A DNA stretch of 64,000 bases, taken from contig CAWEYG010000005.1 in the NCBI GenBank assembly GCA_963813155.1, forward strand, positions 160,001 to 224,000. The letters are read 5' to 3'. Under the pieces are notes generated by a model. That model made no database searches. It had not been told where the DNA came from and saw only the letters and a program-made list of their open reading frames with translations. The translations under genes were made by a program, and so were the position numbers. Shown here piece by piece: positions 11,103-20,335 of the stretch (its first letter is position 1; every line of letters starts with the position of its first letter). The stretch is from an uncultured Acidobacteriota bacterium. GTDB taxonomy: Bacteria; Acidobacteriota; Thermoanaerobaculia; UBA5066; DATFVB01.

Positions 11103-12686
11103 TTACCGGCTCGCGACGACAGGCGGCGCGGGCGGGGGCTTCTGGAAGACGGGGTCCTTGAGGTAGAGGAACATCACGGCCATCGAGTCCTGATTTTCCT
11201 TCGACGTGTTGTTGTACGTCGAAATCAGCTCGTAGTGGTGGTCGTGGTAGATCGGCACTCCGGCCTCGCTCGAGAAGGTGTCCACGCGGTCGAGGCCGAT
11301 CCGGTCCACGGGGTTCTTCGCCGTGCTCTTCCACACGCTCTTGTTCGCCGTCTTGTCGTACAGCTCGAGCGATTCGGCGAAGGGGTGCAGGTGCACGGCG
11401 ATGTAATGAATCGTCGTGTCCTGCGAGAGGCGCAGCATCGCGTCGACGGGCGTCCGGTTGACCTCGCGGCCGGGCCCCACGACCCAGTGGCCGGTGAAGG
11501 TCCGGTTGTAGGCGTCGTGGTACTCGTACGACGCGGCGTTCTGCCCGGGCAGGCAGCTCGCCATGTCGTGGCCCTCGTGCGAGGCCGGGTCGATTCCGTA
11601 GCGTCCGTCGGTGGCGGAGAGGACCTTGAGGCCGTAAACCGCGTCTTCGAAAAGCGGAGTCATGGCAAACGGCAGGTCGGCGTCGCGGACGTAACGGATC
11701 CTCGTGCGGTGCCGCACGTTCAGGCCGCAGTCCGCATAGTTGAGGTTCAGGACCTGCGTCGTCAGCGAGAGCTTCTCGTCCGACAGCATCGGGACTCCGA
11801 ACCCGGCCGGGAAGTCGATGTTCATCTGGCCCTGGGAAAGCGTGAACAGACGCGGGTTGACGTCGTGGGAGATCTGCAGCCGGCGCAGATGCTCGCCCGG
11901 ATCGAGGTCCAGGTTGCTGTGGCACATGAACTGGTCGAGGCCGCTCGGGTCGCCGGCGTCGCCCACGACATCGGCCGAGTAGCCGACGATCCAGAGGAGC
12001 TCCGGTGCGCCGGGCTCGAGCGAAACCTGCCTCGTGCTCTGGGGCCCGGTCATCGACCGGTACACTTTGTCGATGTTGTAGTACTCGGAGAGGTCCTCGA
12101 ACGTGCGTTCCCTGGCGGCGATCACCGCGCGCCGGTCGGGCTCGCGCTCGACGCGGGCCTGGACGATCGCGGCGGAAGGCTTCGGAGTTTCCGCGATCTT
12201 TCCGACGGTCTCCATCCCCGAGACGACGCGCCCGAAGACCGTGTACCCGTAGTGCGCGGGGTCGTCGCCCGTGTGGTCCAGATGAGCGTTGTCCTTCAAG
12301 TTCACGTAGAAGTAATTCGCGCCGCTCGCGAGATCGCTTTCTCGCGCAAGCCCGACCGTGCCGGCGAGGTTCTTGAGGCCGTTGGCGGCTTCCGAGGGAA
12401 TCGGCGGAAAAGAGGCGCGGATGCTGCCGTCGGCCCCGCGGCCTCCCGCTTCGATCAGGAAATTCGGCTCGACCCGGTCGAACACGATCCCGTCGTAGTA
12501 GCCGGACCGGACGTACTGAAGGAAATTCTCCACGGTCCGGGGAGCCTCGGAGGCGTACAGCTCGATCTGGATCTTCCCGCGGTCGGTTTCGAGCGAGACG
12601 AGGGGATTCGGGGCGCTTGCGGCCGAGGCCAGGACCGGAAGTGAGAGAAGAAGCAGGACGAAAAGCTGTTTCCGAACGACACACAT
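11103..12686 (-). CDS. Secreted cyclophilin-type PPIase domain fused to a putative copper type II monooxygenase-like (PHM-fold) domain
   Basis: Signal peptide, then cyclophilin (APRTVENF..YYDGIVFDRV..GYTVFGRVVSGMETV), then ~330 aa with MCHSN, FPAGFG, HLHP and DSM. Start codon uncertain. Confidence 0.7.
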   Translation of the reverse strand: MCVVRKQLFVLLLLSLPVLASAASAPNPLVSLETDRGKIQIELYASEAPRTVENFLQYVRSGYYDGIVFDRVEPNFLIEAGGRGADGSIRASFPPIPSEAANGLKNLAGTVGLARESDLASGANYFYVNLKDNAHLDHTGDDPAHYGYTVFGRVVSGMETVGKIAETPKPSAAIVQARVEREPDRRAVIAARERTFEDLSEYYNIDKVYRSMTGPQSTRQVSLEPGAPELLWIVGYSADVVGDAGDPSGLDQFMCHSNLDLDPGEHLRRLQISHDVNPRLFTLSQGQMNIDFPAGFGVPMLSDEKLSLTTQVLNLNYADCGLNVRHRTRIRYVRDADLPFAMTPLFEDAVYGLKVLSATDGRYGIDPASHEGHDMASCLPGQNAASYEYHDAYNRTFTGHWVVGPGREVNRTPVDAMLRLSQDTTIHYIAVHLHPFAESLELYDKTANKSVWKSTAKNPVDRIGLDRVDTFSSEAGVPIYHDHHYELISTYNNTSKENQDSMAVMFLYLKDPVFQKPPPAPPVVASR

Positions 12687-12703
12687 GGCAGAGCTCCCAA
12701 AAA

Positions 12704-13813
12704 TCATGTTATACCCAACAGCGCCCCCAGGATCCCCATTCCCCCGAAAAACACGAAATTGACGGCCGTGAAACGTCGAAAGAACACCGGATCGGGGCCC
12801 GACTCGCGGCGATAGATCTGCCACCCGAGGAGGTTCGCGAGCGAGGCGACGATCGTTCCGCATCCTCCCGCGTTGACGGCGTACAGGAGCGTTCGAAATC
12901 TCCCGCCCGCGAGGGGAGCGAGAAGAACGGCGGCCGGAACGTTGGATATCGCCTGCGGAAAGAGAGCTCCCGCGAGGTAGAGCTTGAGCCCGGGGCTGCC
13001 CGGCAGCCGGGCATACGCCCCCGAGAAATTCCCGGAGTGGAGCGCCGCGATGTCGATGAAGACGAAGAAGAAGAGAGCGACGATCGAAAAGTCGGTCCGA
13101 AGGACGCGGGCACCGAGCACGATCAGCGCGGCAAGCAGCGCAAACGCGACCGGGAACCATTGCGGGACGAGCCCGCCGATCTCGAGCACGACGAGGCTCA
13201 CTCCGAGGGATCCGAGGAAGGCGCCCGGCAGCCCGACTTCCGGCACGGGGGACTCGGCCGGCTGGATCGCGCGGCGCGGTTCCATGACGAAGAGAGCGAG
13301 AAGGAGAAGCGCCGCGGAGGCCGCGACGAACGGGGCCATCTCGGCGATGAATCGCGCCGAGCTCATCCCGGCGAGCCGAAAGAGAAACAGATTTTGCGGG
13401 TTGCCGATCGGAGTGAGGCAGCCAAGCAGGTTCGCGGCGATCACTTCCAGGATCACGGCGTTGCGAACGCGAAAATTCGAGTGCCGCCCCGCCGCGACCG
13501 TGATCGGGATCACGACGAAAAGCGCCACGTCGTTTGTCACCGCCGCCGCGAGACCGCCGGACAGGACGATGAGCGCGAAGCCGAGCGACCGGGCGCGAAC
13601 GAACCGCGAGACGGCCTTTCGGACCAGCGCGTCGAGCAGCCGGGAATCGCGCACCATCTCGACCGAAAGGAGAAGCGCGAAGAGCGTCGAGAGGAGGCGC
13701 CAGTCCTCGAGGGACGAGATTCGCCCGGCGGGGACGCGGCCCGAACCGACCGCGGCAACGGCGAGAATCGCCGCGGCGGCGAGAAAGGCGTGCCGGCGAA
13801 GCGCTTCGAGCAC
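12704..13813 (-). CDS. SLC13/ArsB-NhaD-like anion permease
   Basis: TNDVALF..P, AANLLGCLTPIGNPQNL, ISNVPAA, ASLANL motifs; GTG start at 13813. Confidence 0.85.
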   Translation of the reverse strand: MLEALRRHAFLAAAAILAVAAVGSGRVPAGRISSLEDWRLLSTLFALLLSVEMVRDSRLLDALVRKAVSRFVRARSLGFALIVLSGGLAAAVTNDVALFVVIPITVAAGRHSNFRVRNAVILEVIAANLLGCLTPIGNPQNLFLFRLAGMSSARFIAEMAPFVAASAALLLLALFVMEPRRAIQPAESPVPEVGLPGAFLGSLGVSLVVLEIGGLVPQWFPVAFALLAALIVLGARVLRTDFSIVALFFFVFIDIAALHSGNFSGAYARLPGSPGLKLYLAGALFPQAISNVPAAVLLAPLAGGRFRTLLYAVNAGGCGTIVASLANLLGWQIYRRESGPDPVFFRRFTAVNFVFFGGMGILGALLGIT

Positions 13814-13837
13814 GCGCGAATGGTAGGATGCCTGACG

Positions 13838-15979
13838 TTGGCGCGCCACAGGAACGCGGAATCGACCGGACCCCGCGGCCTCGACGCCGTGTTCCGGCCC
13901 CGGTCGGTCGCGGTCGTGGGGGCATCGACGCGCGCCCACTCGATCGGGGGAAATCTCCTCTCGAACCTGTTCCGCTCCGGTTTCACGGGAAAGATCTTTC
14001 CGATCAACCCGCACGCCGAGGTCCTCCATTCGGTGAAGTGCTACGCCTCGGTTCGGTCGGTGCCGGACGAAATCGACTGCGCGATCGTGTCCGTTCCGAA
14101 AGAACGAGTCCTCGAAGTCGTTTCCGAGTGCGGCCGCAAGGGAGTGCGCGGGCTCGTCGTCATCACGGCCGGCTTCAAAGAGATCGGTTCTGCGGGCGCG
14201 GCGCTTGAGGAGCGGCTGAAGAAGCTCGTCGCGCGGCACGGGATGCGGATGATCGGACCCAACTGCATGGGCGTCATCAACGCGGAGCCGGAATATTCGA
14301 TGGACGCGACGTTTTCTCCCACGCCCGCTTCGTTCGGCCCGCTCGCGTTCGCTTCCCAGTCGGGCGCGCTGGGGGTCGCGATCCTGAACGTCGCGGAGGC
14401 GCTGAAGCTCGGCTTCACGCAGTTCGTGTCGATGGGGAACAAGGCGAACGTGTCCTCCAACGACATGCTCGAATACTGGGAGAACGATCCGCGCACGAAG
14501 ATCATCGCGCTCTACCTCGAGTCGTTCGGCAACCCGCGGCGGTTCGTCGAGATTACGCGGCGCATCTCGAAGAAGAAGCCGATCCTCGTCGTCAAGTCCG
14601 GCCGGACGGTCGCGGGCGCCCGCGCCGCGTCTTCCCACACGGGCGCGCTCGCCGGCTCCGAAGTCGCCATCGACGCCATTCTCGAGAGCTGCGGCGTGAC
14701 CCGGTCCGAGACCATCGAGGACCTCTTCGATCTCGCGGCCGCTCTCGCTTCGCAGCCCCTTCCGAAAGGGGACCGGGTCGCGATTCTCACGAACGCCGGC
14801 GGGCCCGCCATCATGGCGACCGACGCCGCCGTCCAGTACGGGCTGCGGCTCTCGGAGCTCTCCGCCCGGACCCGGAAGCGCCTTTCGTCTTTTCTGCCGC
14901 CCGAAGCCTCCGTCGCGAACCCGGTCGACATGATCGCTTCGGCGACCGACGTGAACTACGGGAGGGCGGCTTCGATTCTTCTCGAAGATCCCAACGTGGA
15001 CGGCCTTCTCGTGATCAACGTCACGCCCGTGCTCTACGGGCCAAGGTCCGTCTGGGACGCGCTTCTCGCCTCGACGCGCGGCGCGAAGAAGCCCGTTCTT
15101 TCCGTGTTCATGGCGAACGAGGAGTTCTACGACGAGGCCCGCTCGATGCCCGCTCATCCCCCGATCTACCGGTTTCCCGAGCCGGCCGCCCGCGTGCTGT
15201 CGGAGATGTGGAAGATCGGAAAATGGCAGAAAAAACCGCGGGGCGTCGCGCCCCGCTTCGCGATCCGGAAGGCCGCGATCCGCCGGATCCTCGACCGCCG
15301 CAGGCGCCGGGGGGGCGGGTATCTCGATCCCGACGCGGCGTTCTCGGTGCTCGAGGCGGCGGGCATCCCGGCCGCGCGGCCCGCCTTCGTGCGGCGCGAG
15401 TCGCAGTTGATAGCCCGGGCGGCCGAGGTCGGCTACCCGCTCGTCCTGAAAGCCGCCGGCGAAAAGATCGTGCACAAGTCCGACGTCGGCGGAGTCGCGA
15501 CGGGGCTGCGCAACGCAAAGGACCTGGCCGCCGCGCTCGCCCGGATGAAGAAGGATCTCGAACGCCACGGCGCGGCCGACGAGCTCGAGGGGTTCATCCT
15601 CCAGCGCGAGGCGCGCGGACGCGAGCTCGTCGTCGGGGCGACGAACGACCCGCGGATCGGGCCGCTCGTTATGTTCGGCCTCGGAGGGCGCTACGTCGAG
15701 GTCTTCAAGGACGTGAAGTTCCTGCTCCCGCCGGTCACCCGCGAGGACGTCCTCGAGGCCCTTTCGCAGTTGAAGGCGGGCAAGCTCCTCGGGGGCGTTC
15801 GCGGGGAGCGGCCGGGCGACACTGCATTTCTCGTCGAGACGGTGCTTCGCGTCTGCCGGCTTGCCTTCGAGTTCCCGGAGATCGCCGAGATGGACATCAA
15901 TCCCCTGTTCGTCGCGGACCGCGGCCGCCGCGGCGTCGCTGTCGACACGAGGATCCGCGTCGCCGGCCCGGGAGCCTGA
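13838..15979 (+). CDS. Acetate/acyl-CoA ligase (ADP-forming), CoA-binding + ATP-grasp
   Basis: FRPRSVAVVGAS, IGPNCMG, SQSGA, SHTGALAG (phospho-His), HKSDVGGV, EMDINP. Confidence 0.9.
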   Translation: MARHRNAESTGPRGLDAVFRPRSVAVVGASTRAHSIGGNLLSNLFRSGFTGKIFPINPHAEVLHSVKCYASVRSVPDEIDCAIVSVPKERVLEVVSECGRKGVRGLVVITAGFKEIGSAGAALEERLKKLVARHGMRMIGPNCMGVINAEPEYSMDATFSPTPASFGPLAFASQSGALGVAILNVAEALKLGFTQFVSMGNKANVSSNDMLEYWENDPRTKIIALYLESFGNPRRFVEITRRISKKKPILVVKSGRTVAGARAASSHTGALAGSEVAIDAILESCGVTRSETIEDLFDLAAALASQPLPKGDRVAILTNAGGPAIMATDAAVQYGLRLSELSARTRKRLSSFLPPEASVANPVDMIASATDVNYGRAASILLEDPNVDGLLVINVTPVLYGPRSVWDALLASTRGAKKPVLSVFMANEEFYDEARSMPAHPPIYRFPEPAARVLSEMWKIGKWQKKPRGVAPRFAIRKAAIRRILDRRRRRGGGYLDPDAAFSVLEAAGIPAARPAFVRRESQLIARAAEVGYPLVLKAAGEKIVHKSDVGGVATGLRNAKDLAAALARMKKDLERHGAADELEGFILQREARGRELVVGATNDPRIGPLVMFGLGGRYVEVFKDVKFLLPPVTREDVLEALSQLKAGKLLGGVRGERPGDTAFLVETVLRVCRLAFEFPEIAEMDINPLFVADRGRRGVAVDTRIRVAGPGA

Positions 15980-16023
15980 AAGCTCGATTGGATAAGCCGG
16001 CCCCGGCGGCCGTAGAACCGGCA

Positions 16024-17448
16024 GTGGTGAGAGTTTCACCGAGAGTCTGGGCGGCGATCGCGCTTCTCGCGGCCGCGGTTCGCGTCTATCGCCTCGACCA
16101 CTTTTCCTACTGGCTCGACGAGGTCCTTCAGGCCTACGCGATTCACGATTCCTGGCGCGGGCTGTGGGCCTCTCTCCGGTGGCAGGGGCTCCAGGCGCCG
16201 CTGGACTACGTCGTTGGAAAACTGGTCGACGGCGCCGGTCCTTCGGATGCCGTTCGAAGGCTCCCGGCCGTGCTGTGGGGCACCGGTACCGTGGTCGCGA
16301 TGGGCCAGCTCGTCGCGCGGCGGGCGGGGCACGTGGCGGGCATCGTCACGGCCGCGCTCCTGGCTCTCTCGCCCTTCCACGTTCACTATTCGCAGGAGCT
16401 GCGCCCGTATTCGCTCGGGCTCTTTCTGCTCGCGCTCTCGCTCCTCTCGCTCGATCGTTATCTCGCCGTGCCCGATCCGGGGCGCCTCGCGGCTCTCTAT
16501 CTTTCGTGTCTCGCGACGGCGTACGCGCTCTACGTGTCGGCCTCGGTTCTCGCTGTCGCCGCGGGAGCGCTCGTCGTCGAAGACGTCTTCGCGTCCGAGG
16601 TCTGCCGGCGCCGAGCGGCGCGCCGATTCCTGAGAATGAGCCCGCTGTTCGCCGCGGCCCTCTGGCTCGGATACCTTCCGTGGTGGCGCACCTTCCTGAT
16701 CGGGTTGAGAAGCCCGGCGGTCGGCACTGTCCCGGCGTTTTCCGCGGCGCGAGTCGTTCGGTTTTTCTCTTTCTTCGGTTTCGGCCATTCCGATTGGCAG
16801 CCGCTCGGGGTCCCCGGCTTTCTGTTCCTCGGGGGCACGATCCTCGGGGCGGCGCTCGCCGGTCGAAAAGAGGGCGCCCGCTTCCTCCTCGCCTGGTCCG
16901 CCGGTGGGCTCGGTTTGATCGAGGCGATGGAGCATCGGCACCCGGTTTTCGATTCGATCTTCCACTACCTTCCGGCGGGGGTCTCCCTGGTCGTGCTCTT
17001 TTCGATCGCTCTCGCGTGGCTCTTGAGCCGGCCGAGATGGCTCGGTGCCGGCGTGGCGTTGCTGCTGCTCTCTTTCTCGTTCGAGATCGCTTCGCTCTCG
17101 GCGTACTTTCGAAGCGGCCGGCCGGACTGGAGGCCGGCGGCGGCGTTCCTGCTCGCGCATCACGGGAACGACCGCATCGTCACGGACAGCCAGTGGACGC
17201 AGCTGTGCGTGGCGTATTACGTCTTCGGGCCCGGATGGCTGTGTTGCGGGGGCGGTCATGGGATCGTCTCTCTCGCAGGCGACCCGGCGCCGATCGCGTG
17301 GCTTCAGGAGCCGGGAAAAAGTCTCTGGCTCGTGACCTCGAACGCGGCGGGAAACTCCGCGCGGCTGACCCGGCTCGCGGAAAGCCTCGCCGTGGCCCGT
17401 TTCCCCCGCGCGGAAGACGCGATCGTCGCGAGAATTCCTTCGCGGTGA
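16024..17448 (+). CDS. Glycosyltransferase family 39 / PMT-like membrane protein
   Basis: SYWLDE, RLPAVLWG, SPFHVHYSQELRPYS, RPDWR motifs; many TM segments. Confidence 0.8.
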   Translation: MVRVSPRVWAAIALLAAAVRVYRLDHFSYWLDEVLQAYAIHDSWRGLWASLRWQGLQAPLDYVVGKLVDGAGPSDAVRRLPAVLWGTGTVVAMGQLVARRAGHVAGIVTAALLALSPFHVHYSQELRPYSLGLFLLALSLLSLDRYLAVPDPGRLAALYLSCLATAYALYVSASVLAVAAGALVVEDVFASEVCRRRAARRFLRMSPLFAAALWLGYLPWWRTFLIGLRSPAVGTVPAFSAARVVRFFSFFGFGHSDWQPLGVPGFLFLGGTILGAALAGRKEGARFLLAWSAGGLGLIEAMEHRHPVFDSIFHYLPAGVSLVVLFSIALAWLLSRPRWLGAGVALLLLSFSFEIASLSAYFRSGRPDWRPAAAFLLAHHGNDRIVTDSQWTQLCVAYYVFGPGWLCCGGGHGIVSLAGDPAPIAWLQEPGKSLWLVTSNAAGNSARLTRLAESLAVARFPRAEDAIVARIPSR

Positions 17449-17464
17449 CGAAGCGGAGAACCGT

Positions 17465-19384
17465 TCAGGCGCTGCGGAGTTTCCAATAGACCGCGTACCG
17501 CTCGTCGAAGATCGAGGCGAGCGGCGAGAGGCGAATCTCTTGCTTCTTGCCGGCGGCGAGCCCTTCCGCCCGGAACTCGAGCGGCTTCCCGGCTGAGTGC
17601 ATCGAGGTGGCCGGGTCGCCCGGCCCGAGAGACAGCTCCGGCGCGGACACGGCGTCGACCCTGTACTCCGGAACGGTGCGGGGTTTCGTCGGCTCGGCGC
17701 GAAGGGTCGCAGAAGTGAGCCCTTCGGTTCCGAGCCGTCCGGCGAGCACGATCGGCCCGTACATCGCCGCGGCGGTCGCCGGGTCGTCGGGCGCTCGCTC
17801 GATCCGAAGCGCCATCGGCAGCCGGAGCTCGACGCGGTCCCCGTTGCTCCAGATCCGGTCGAGAACGAAGGAACCGCCGGGCGCGGCAAAGCCGTCCAGA
17901 GCCCGGCCGTTGAGCCGGACCCCGGCCCCCTTTTCCGTCCAGGAAGGAACTCGCACGCGGACCTCGGCCCGAACCGGGCGGAGCGTTCGAAACGTGAAGG
18001 ACGTGGAGGATTCCTCGGGGAACCGCGTTTCCTGGACGACCCGGAGTCCCTTCTCCTTCCAGTCGAGCTCCGACGAGACGAACTGGTCCACCATCAAAGC
18101 GTCGCCCGCATGAAAGTAGACGCCCTCCCCGAGCTTCGCGAACGACTCGCTGCCAGTGCCCGTGCAGCACCAGAAGTCGTGGAGAGGCGTCCCAAAGAGC
18201 TTCCAGTAGCCGGACGCGAGCGGCACGTAGTAGAGCTTCGAGCCGTCGGCCGGGTGCTGCGTCCCGAGAATGCCGTTCCACATCGCCCGTTCGGTGTACT
18301 CGGCGCAGGCGGGGTCTCCCGTCCACGCGCGAACGTGCCGCGCGAGCTTCAGCAGGTTGTAGGTCACGCAGCACTCCTGCGTGTAGCCGGACAGCTCGGA
18401 GGCGACGGCGCCCGGCTCGGCGTTCCAGCTCTCGCCGTTGCTCGTTCCTCCGGTGCAGTACGCGCGGCGGCTGACGACCTCGCGCCAGAAGTATTCGGCG
18501 ATCCGGCGATCCCGCGCGTCGCCGATCAGCTCGTAGCGGCGCGCCGCGCCGAGGATCTTCGGGATCGTCGTGTTCGCGTGAAGGCCTTTCAGCTCGTCGC
18601 GCCCTTCGGCGAGGGGGGCGAAGATCCTCTCGTGGTCGAACCGGTGCGCGAGCTCCCGGTGGGCCTCGTCTCCCGTGATCACCGACAGGTTGTACAGCGC
18701 CTCGTTCATTCCCCCGTACTCGCGCTCGAGCACTCGCGCCATTGCCGCGTCCCCGAGCGGCTGTGTCCAGCGCGAGATCCAGGATGTCAACCCGGCGGCC
18801 ACTTCGAGCGCCCGGGCGTTTCCCGCCAACGTGTGCATGTCGAGAAGTCCCGCGAGAATCTTGTGGAGCGTGTAGAACGGCGCCCAGACGCGCTGGTCCG
18901 CCCGGAGACGGTCGAAGAGTTCTTCCGGAAAAGCCGAGAGATAGCCGTTCCCGTGCTCTTTCTGGCAATGCGCGAGCTCCTCGACGATCCGGTCTCCGCG
19001 CACTTTCGCTTCGTCGTCGGCGAAGCCCGCGGCGCGCATCGCGCAGGCCGAAAGGTAATGTCCCGTGAAGTGGCCGCGCAGCTCGTTGTCCGGCGCCTCC
19101 CACCCTCCGAGCGGGGCGGCGTCGGAGCCCAGACCGGCGGTTACGCGGAACATGTGGAGCAGCCGGCTGGGTTCGAGATTCATCAGGAAGCGTCGGTTCA
19201 CTTCCGCCGCGTCGAGGAACGGCCCGGGCAGGAGCCGCACGCGGGACAGGCCGAAGGGAGAAAAGGGAACGCGGCTTTCCGGTCCCGCCGCCGGGATCGC
19301 CGCGGCGATCCGGGAGAGCGGCAGGGCGGCGACCGCCGCCGCGGCCGAGCCGACGAATTCCCGGCGAGTGAGGCCCCTCTTCAC
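17465..19384 (-). CDS. Tat-exported glycoside hydrolase, GH127/GH146 beta-L-arabinofuranosidase family
   Basis: TRREF twin-arginine signal; GGWE..LRGHFTGHYLSA, EYGGMNE, HANTTIPK, ECCVTYN, FWCCTGTGSE. Confidence 0.9.
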   Translation of the reverse strand: MKRGLTRREFVGSAAAAVAALPLSRIAAAIPAAGPESRVPFSPFGLSRVRLLPGPFLDAAEVNRRFLMNLEPSRLLHMFRVTAGLGSDAAPLGGWEAPDNELRGHFTGHYLSACAMRAAGFADDEAKVRGDRIVEELAHCQKEHGNGYLSAFPEELFDRLRADQRVWAPFYTLHKILAGLLDMHTLAGNARALEVAAGLTSWISRWTQPLGDAAMARVLEREYGGMNEALYNLSVITGDEAHRELAHRFDHERIFAPLAEGRDELKGLHANTTIPKILGAARRYELIGDARDRRIAEYFWREVVSRRAYCTGGTSNGESWNAEPGAVASELSGYTQECCVTYNLLKLARHVRAWTGDPACAEYTERAMWNGILGTQHPADGSKLYYVPLASGYWKLFGTPLHDFWCCTGTGSESFAKLGEGVYFHAGDALMVDQFVSSELDWKEKGLRVVQETRFPEESSTSFTFRTLRPVRAEVRVRVPSWTEKGAGVRLNGRALDGFAAPGGSFVLDRIWSNGDRVELRLPMALRIERAPDDPATAAAMYGPIVLAGRLGTEGLTSATLRAEPTKPRTVPEYRVDAVSAPELSLGPGDPATSMHSAGKPLEFRAEGLAAGKKQEIRLSPLASIFDERYAVYWKLRSA

Positions 19385-19418
19385 GAAGGGAGTCTACGCC
19401 GGCCGGGGGAGAGGTCTG

Positions 19419-20327
19419 CTAGGGCTTGCCCGTCGCGGGCAGGGTCTCGTAGACGGTCCGAACGAAAGCGTCGGCCTTGACGAAGCCGTTTGCCCATTTC
19501 GCGTCCAGCGAAGCCGTTGGCCGGGCGGCCACGACGTCTTCCTCCGAATCTCCCTGCGCCTTCATGCGGGCGATCCGTTCCCGCGCCTGCTTCAACATCT
19601 CTCCGAACGCCGCGAGCTCGCCGCGGGTGCCGAGGATGCCGTGTCCCGGCACGATCTTTGTCGCGGGGCCGGCCAGGTTCAATCCTTCTTCGACCGCCGC
19701 GATGTAGCCGTCGATCGTCCCGCCCGTTCCCGTGTCGAGGATCGGATACATACCGTTGAAGAAGCAGTCGCCCATGTGGAGAACGTCGGCCTGGAGGAAG
19801 TGGACGAGCACATCGCCGTCGGTGTGCGCGTTTTTCACGTGGATCAGGTGGATCGTCTCGCCGTTCAAGTGCAGCGTCGCCCGGTCGTTGAACGTCACGA
19901 CGGGCAGCGCCCCTTTCGGCGAGGCGGGGACCGTCCGGTTCAGGTGCTTGATGAACTGTTCCGTGCTCATCCGCTGGTACACGTTGTCCTGCGCGACGAC
20001 GACCGCGCCGTCGGCCGCGAACTTGAGGTTCCCGCCCGTGTGATCGCCGTGCCAGTGCGTGTTGAGCACGAAGCGAAGAGGACGGTCGGAGAGCTTCGCG
20101 ATCGCGGCCTTGATCTTGTCGTGGAGCGGCTCGAACTGGTCGTCCACGAGGATGACGCCGTCGTCGCCCGCGGACACGACGACGTTGCCGCCCGCGCCGG
20201 CGAGCATCGCGAGGCCGTGGCCGAGCGGGGTCGTCACGACCTGGACCTTTTCGAAATCGGTCTGCGCGAACGAATATCCCGCGAGGACGAAGAAGGCGGC
20301 AAGAGAACCGGCGAGCGTCCTTTTCAC
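19419..20327 (-). CDS. Secreted MBL-fold metallo-hydrolase (cyclase-like)
   Basis: Signal peptide; THWHGDHTGGN, AHTDGD, HMGD, PGHG motifs. Confidence 0.88.
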   Translation of the reverse strand: MKRTLAGSLAAFFVLAGYSFAQTDFEKVQVVTTPLGHGLAMLAGAGGNVVVSAGDDGVILVDDQFEPLHDKIKAAIAKLSDRPLRFVLNTHWHGDHTGGNLKFAADGAVVVAQDNVYQRMSTEQFIKHLNRTVPASPKGALPVVTFNDRATLHLNGETIHLIHVKNAHTDGDVLVHFLQADVLHMGDCFFNGMYPILDTGTGGTIDGYIAAVEEGLNLAGPATKIVPGHGILGTRGELAAFGEMLKQARERIARMKAQGDSEEDVVAARPTASLDAKWANGFVKADAFVRTVYETLPATGKP

Positions 20328-20335
20328 GCTGCGGC

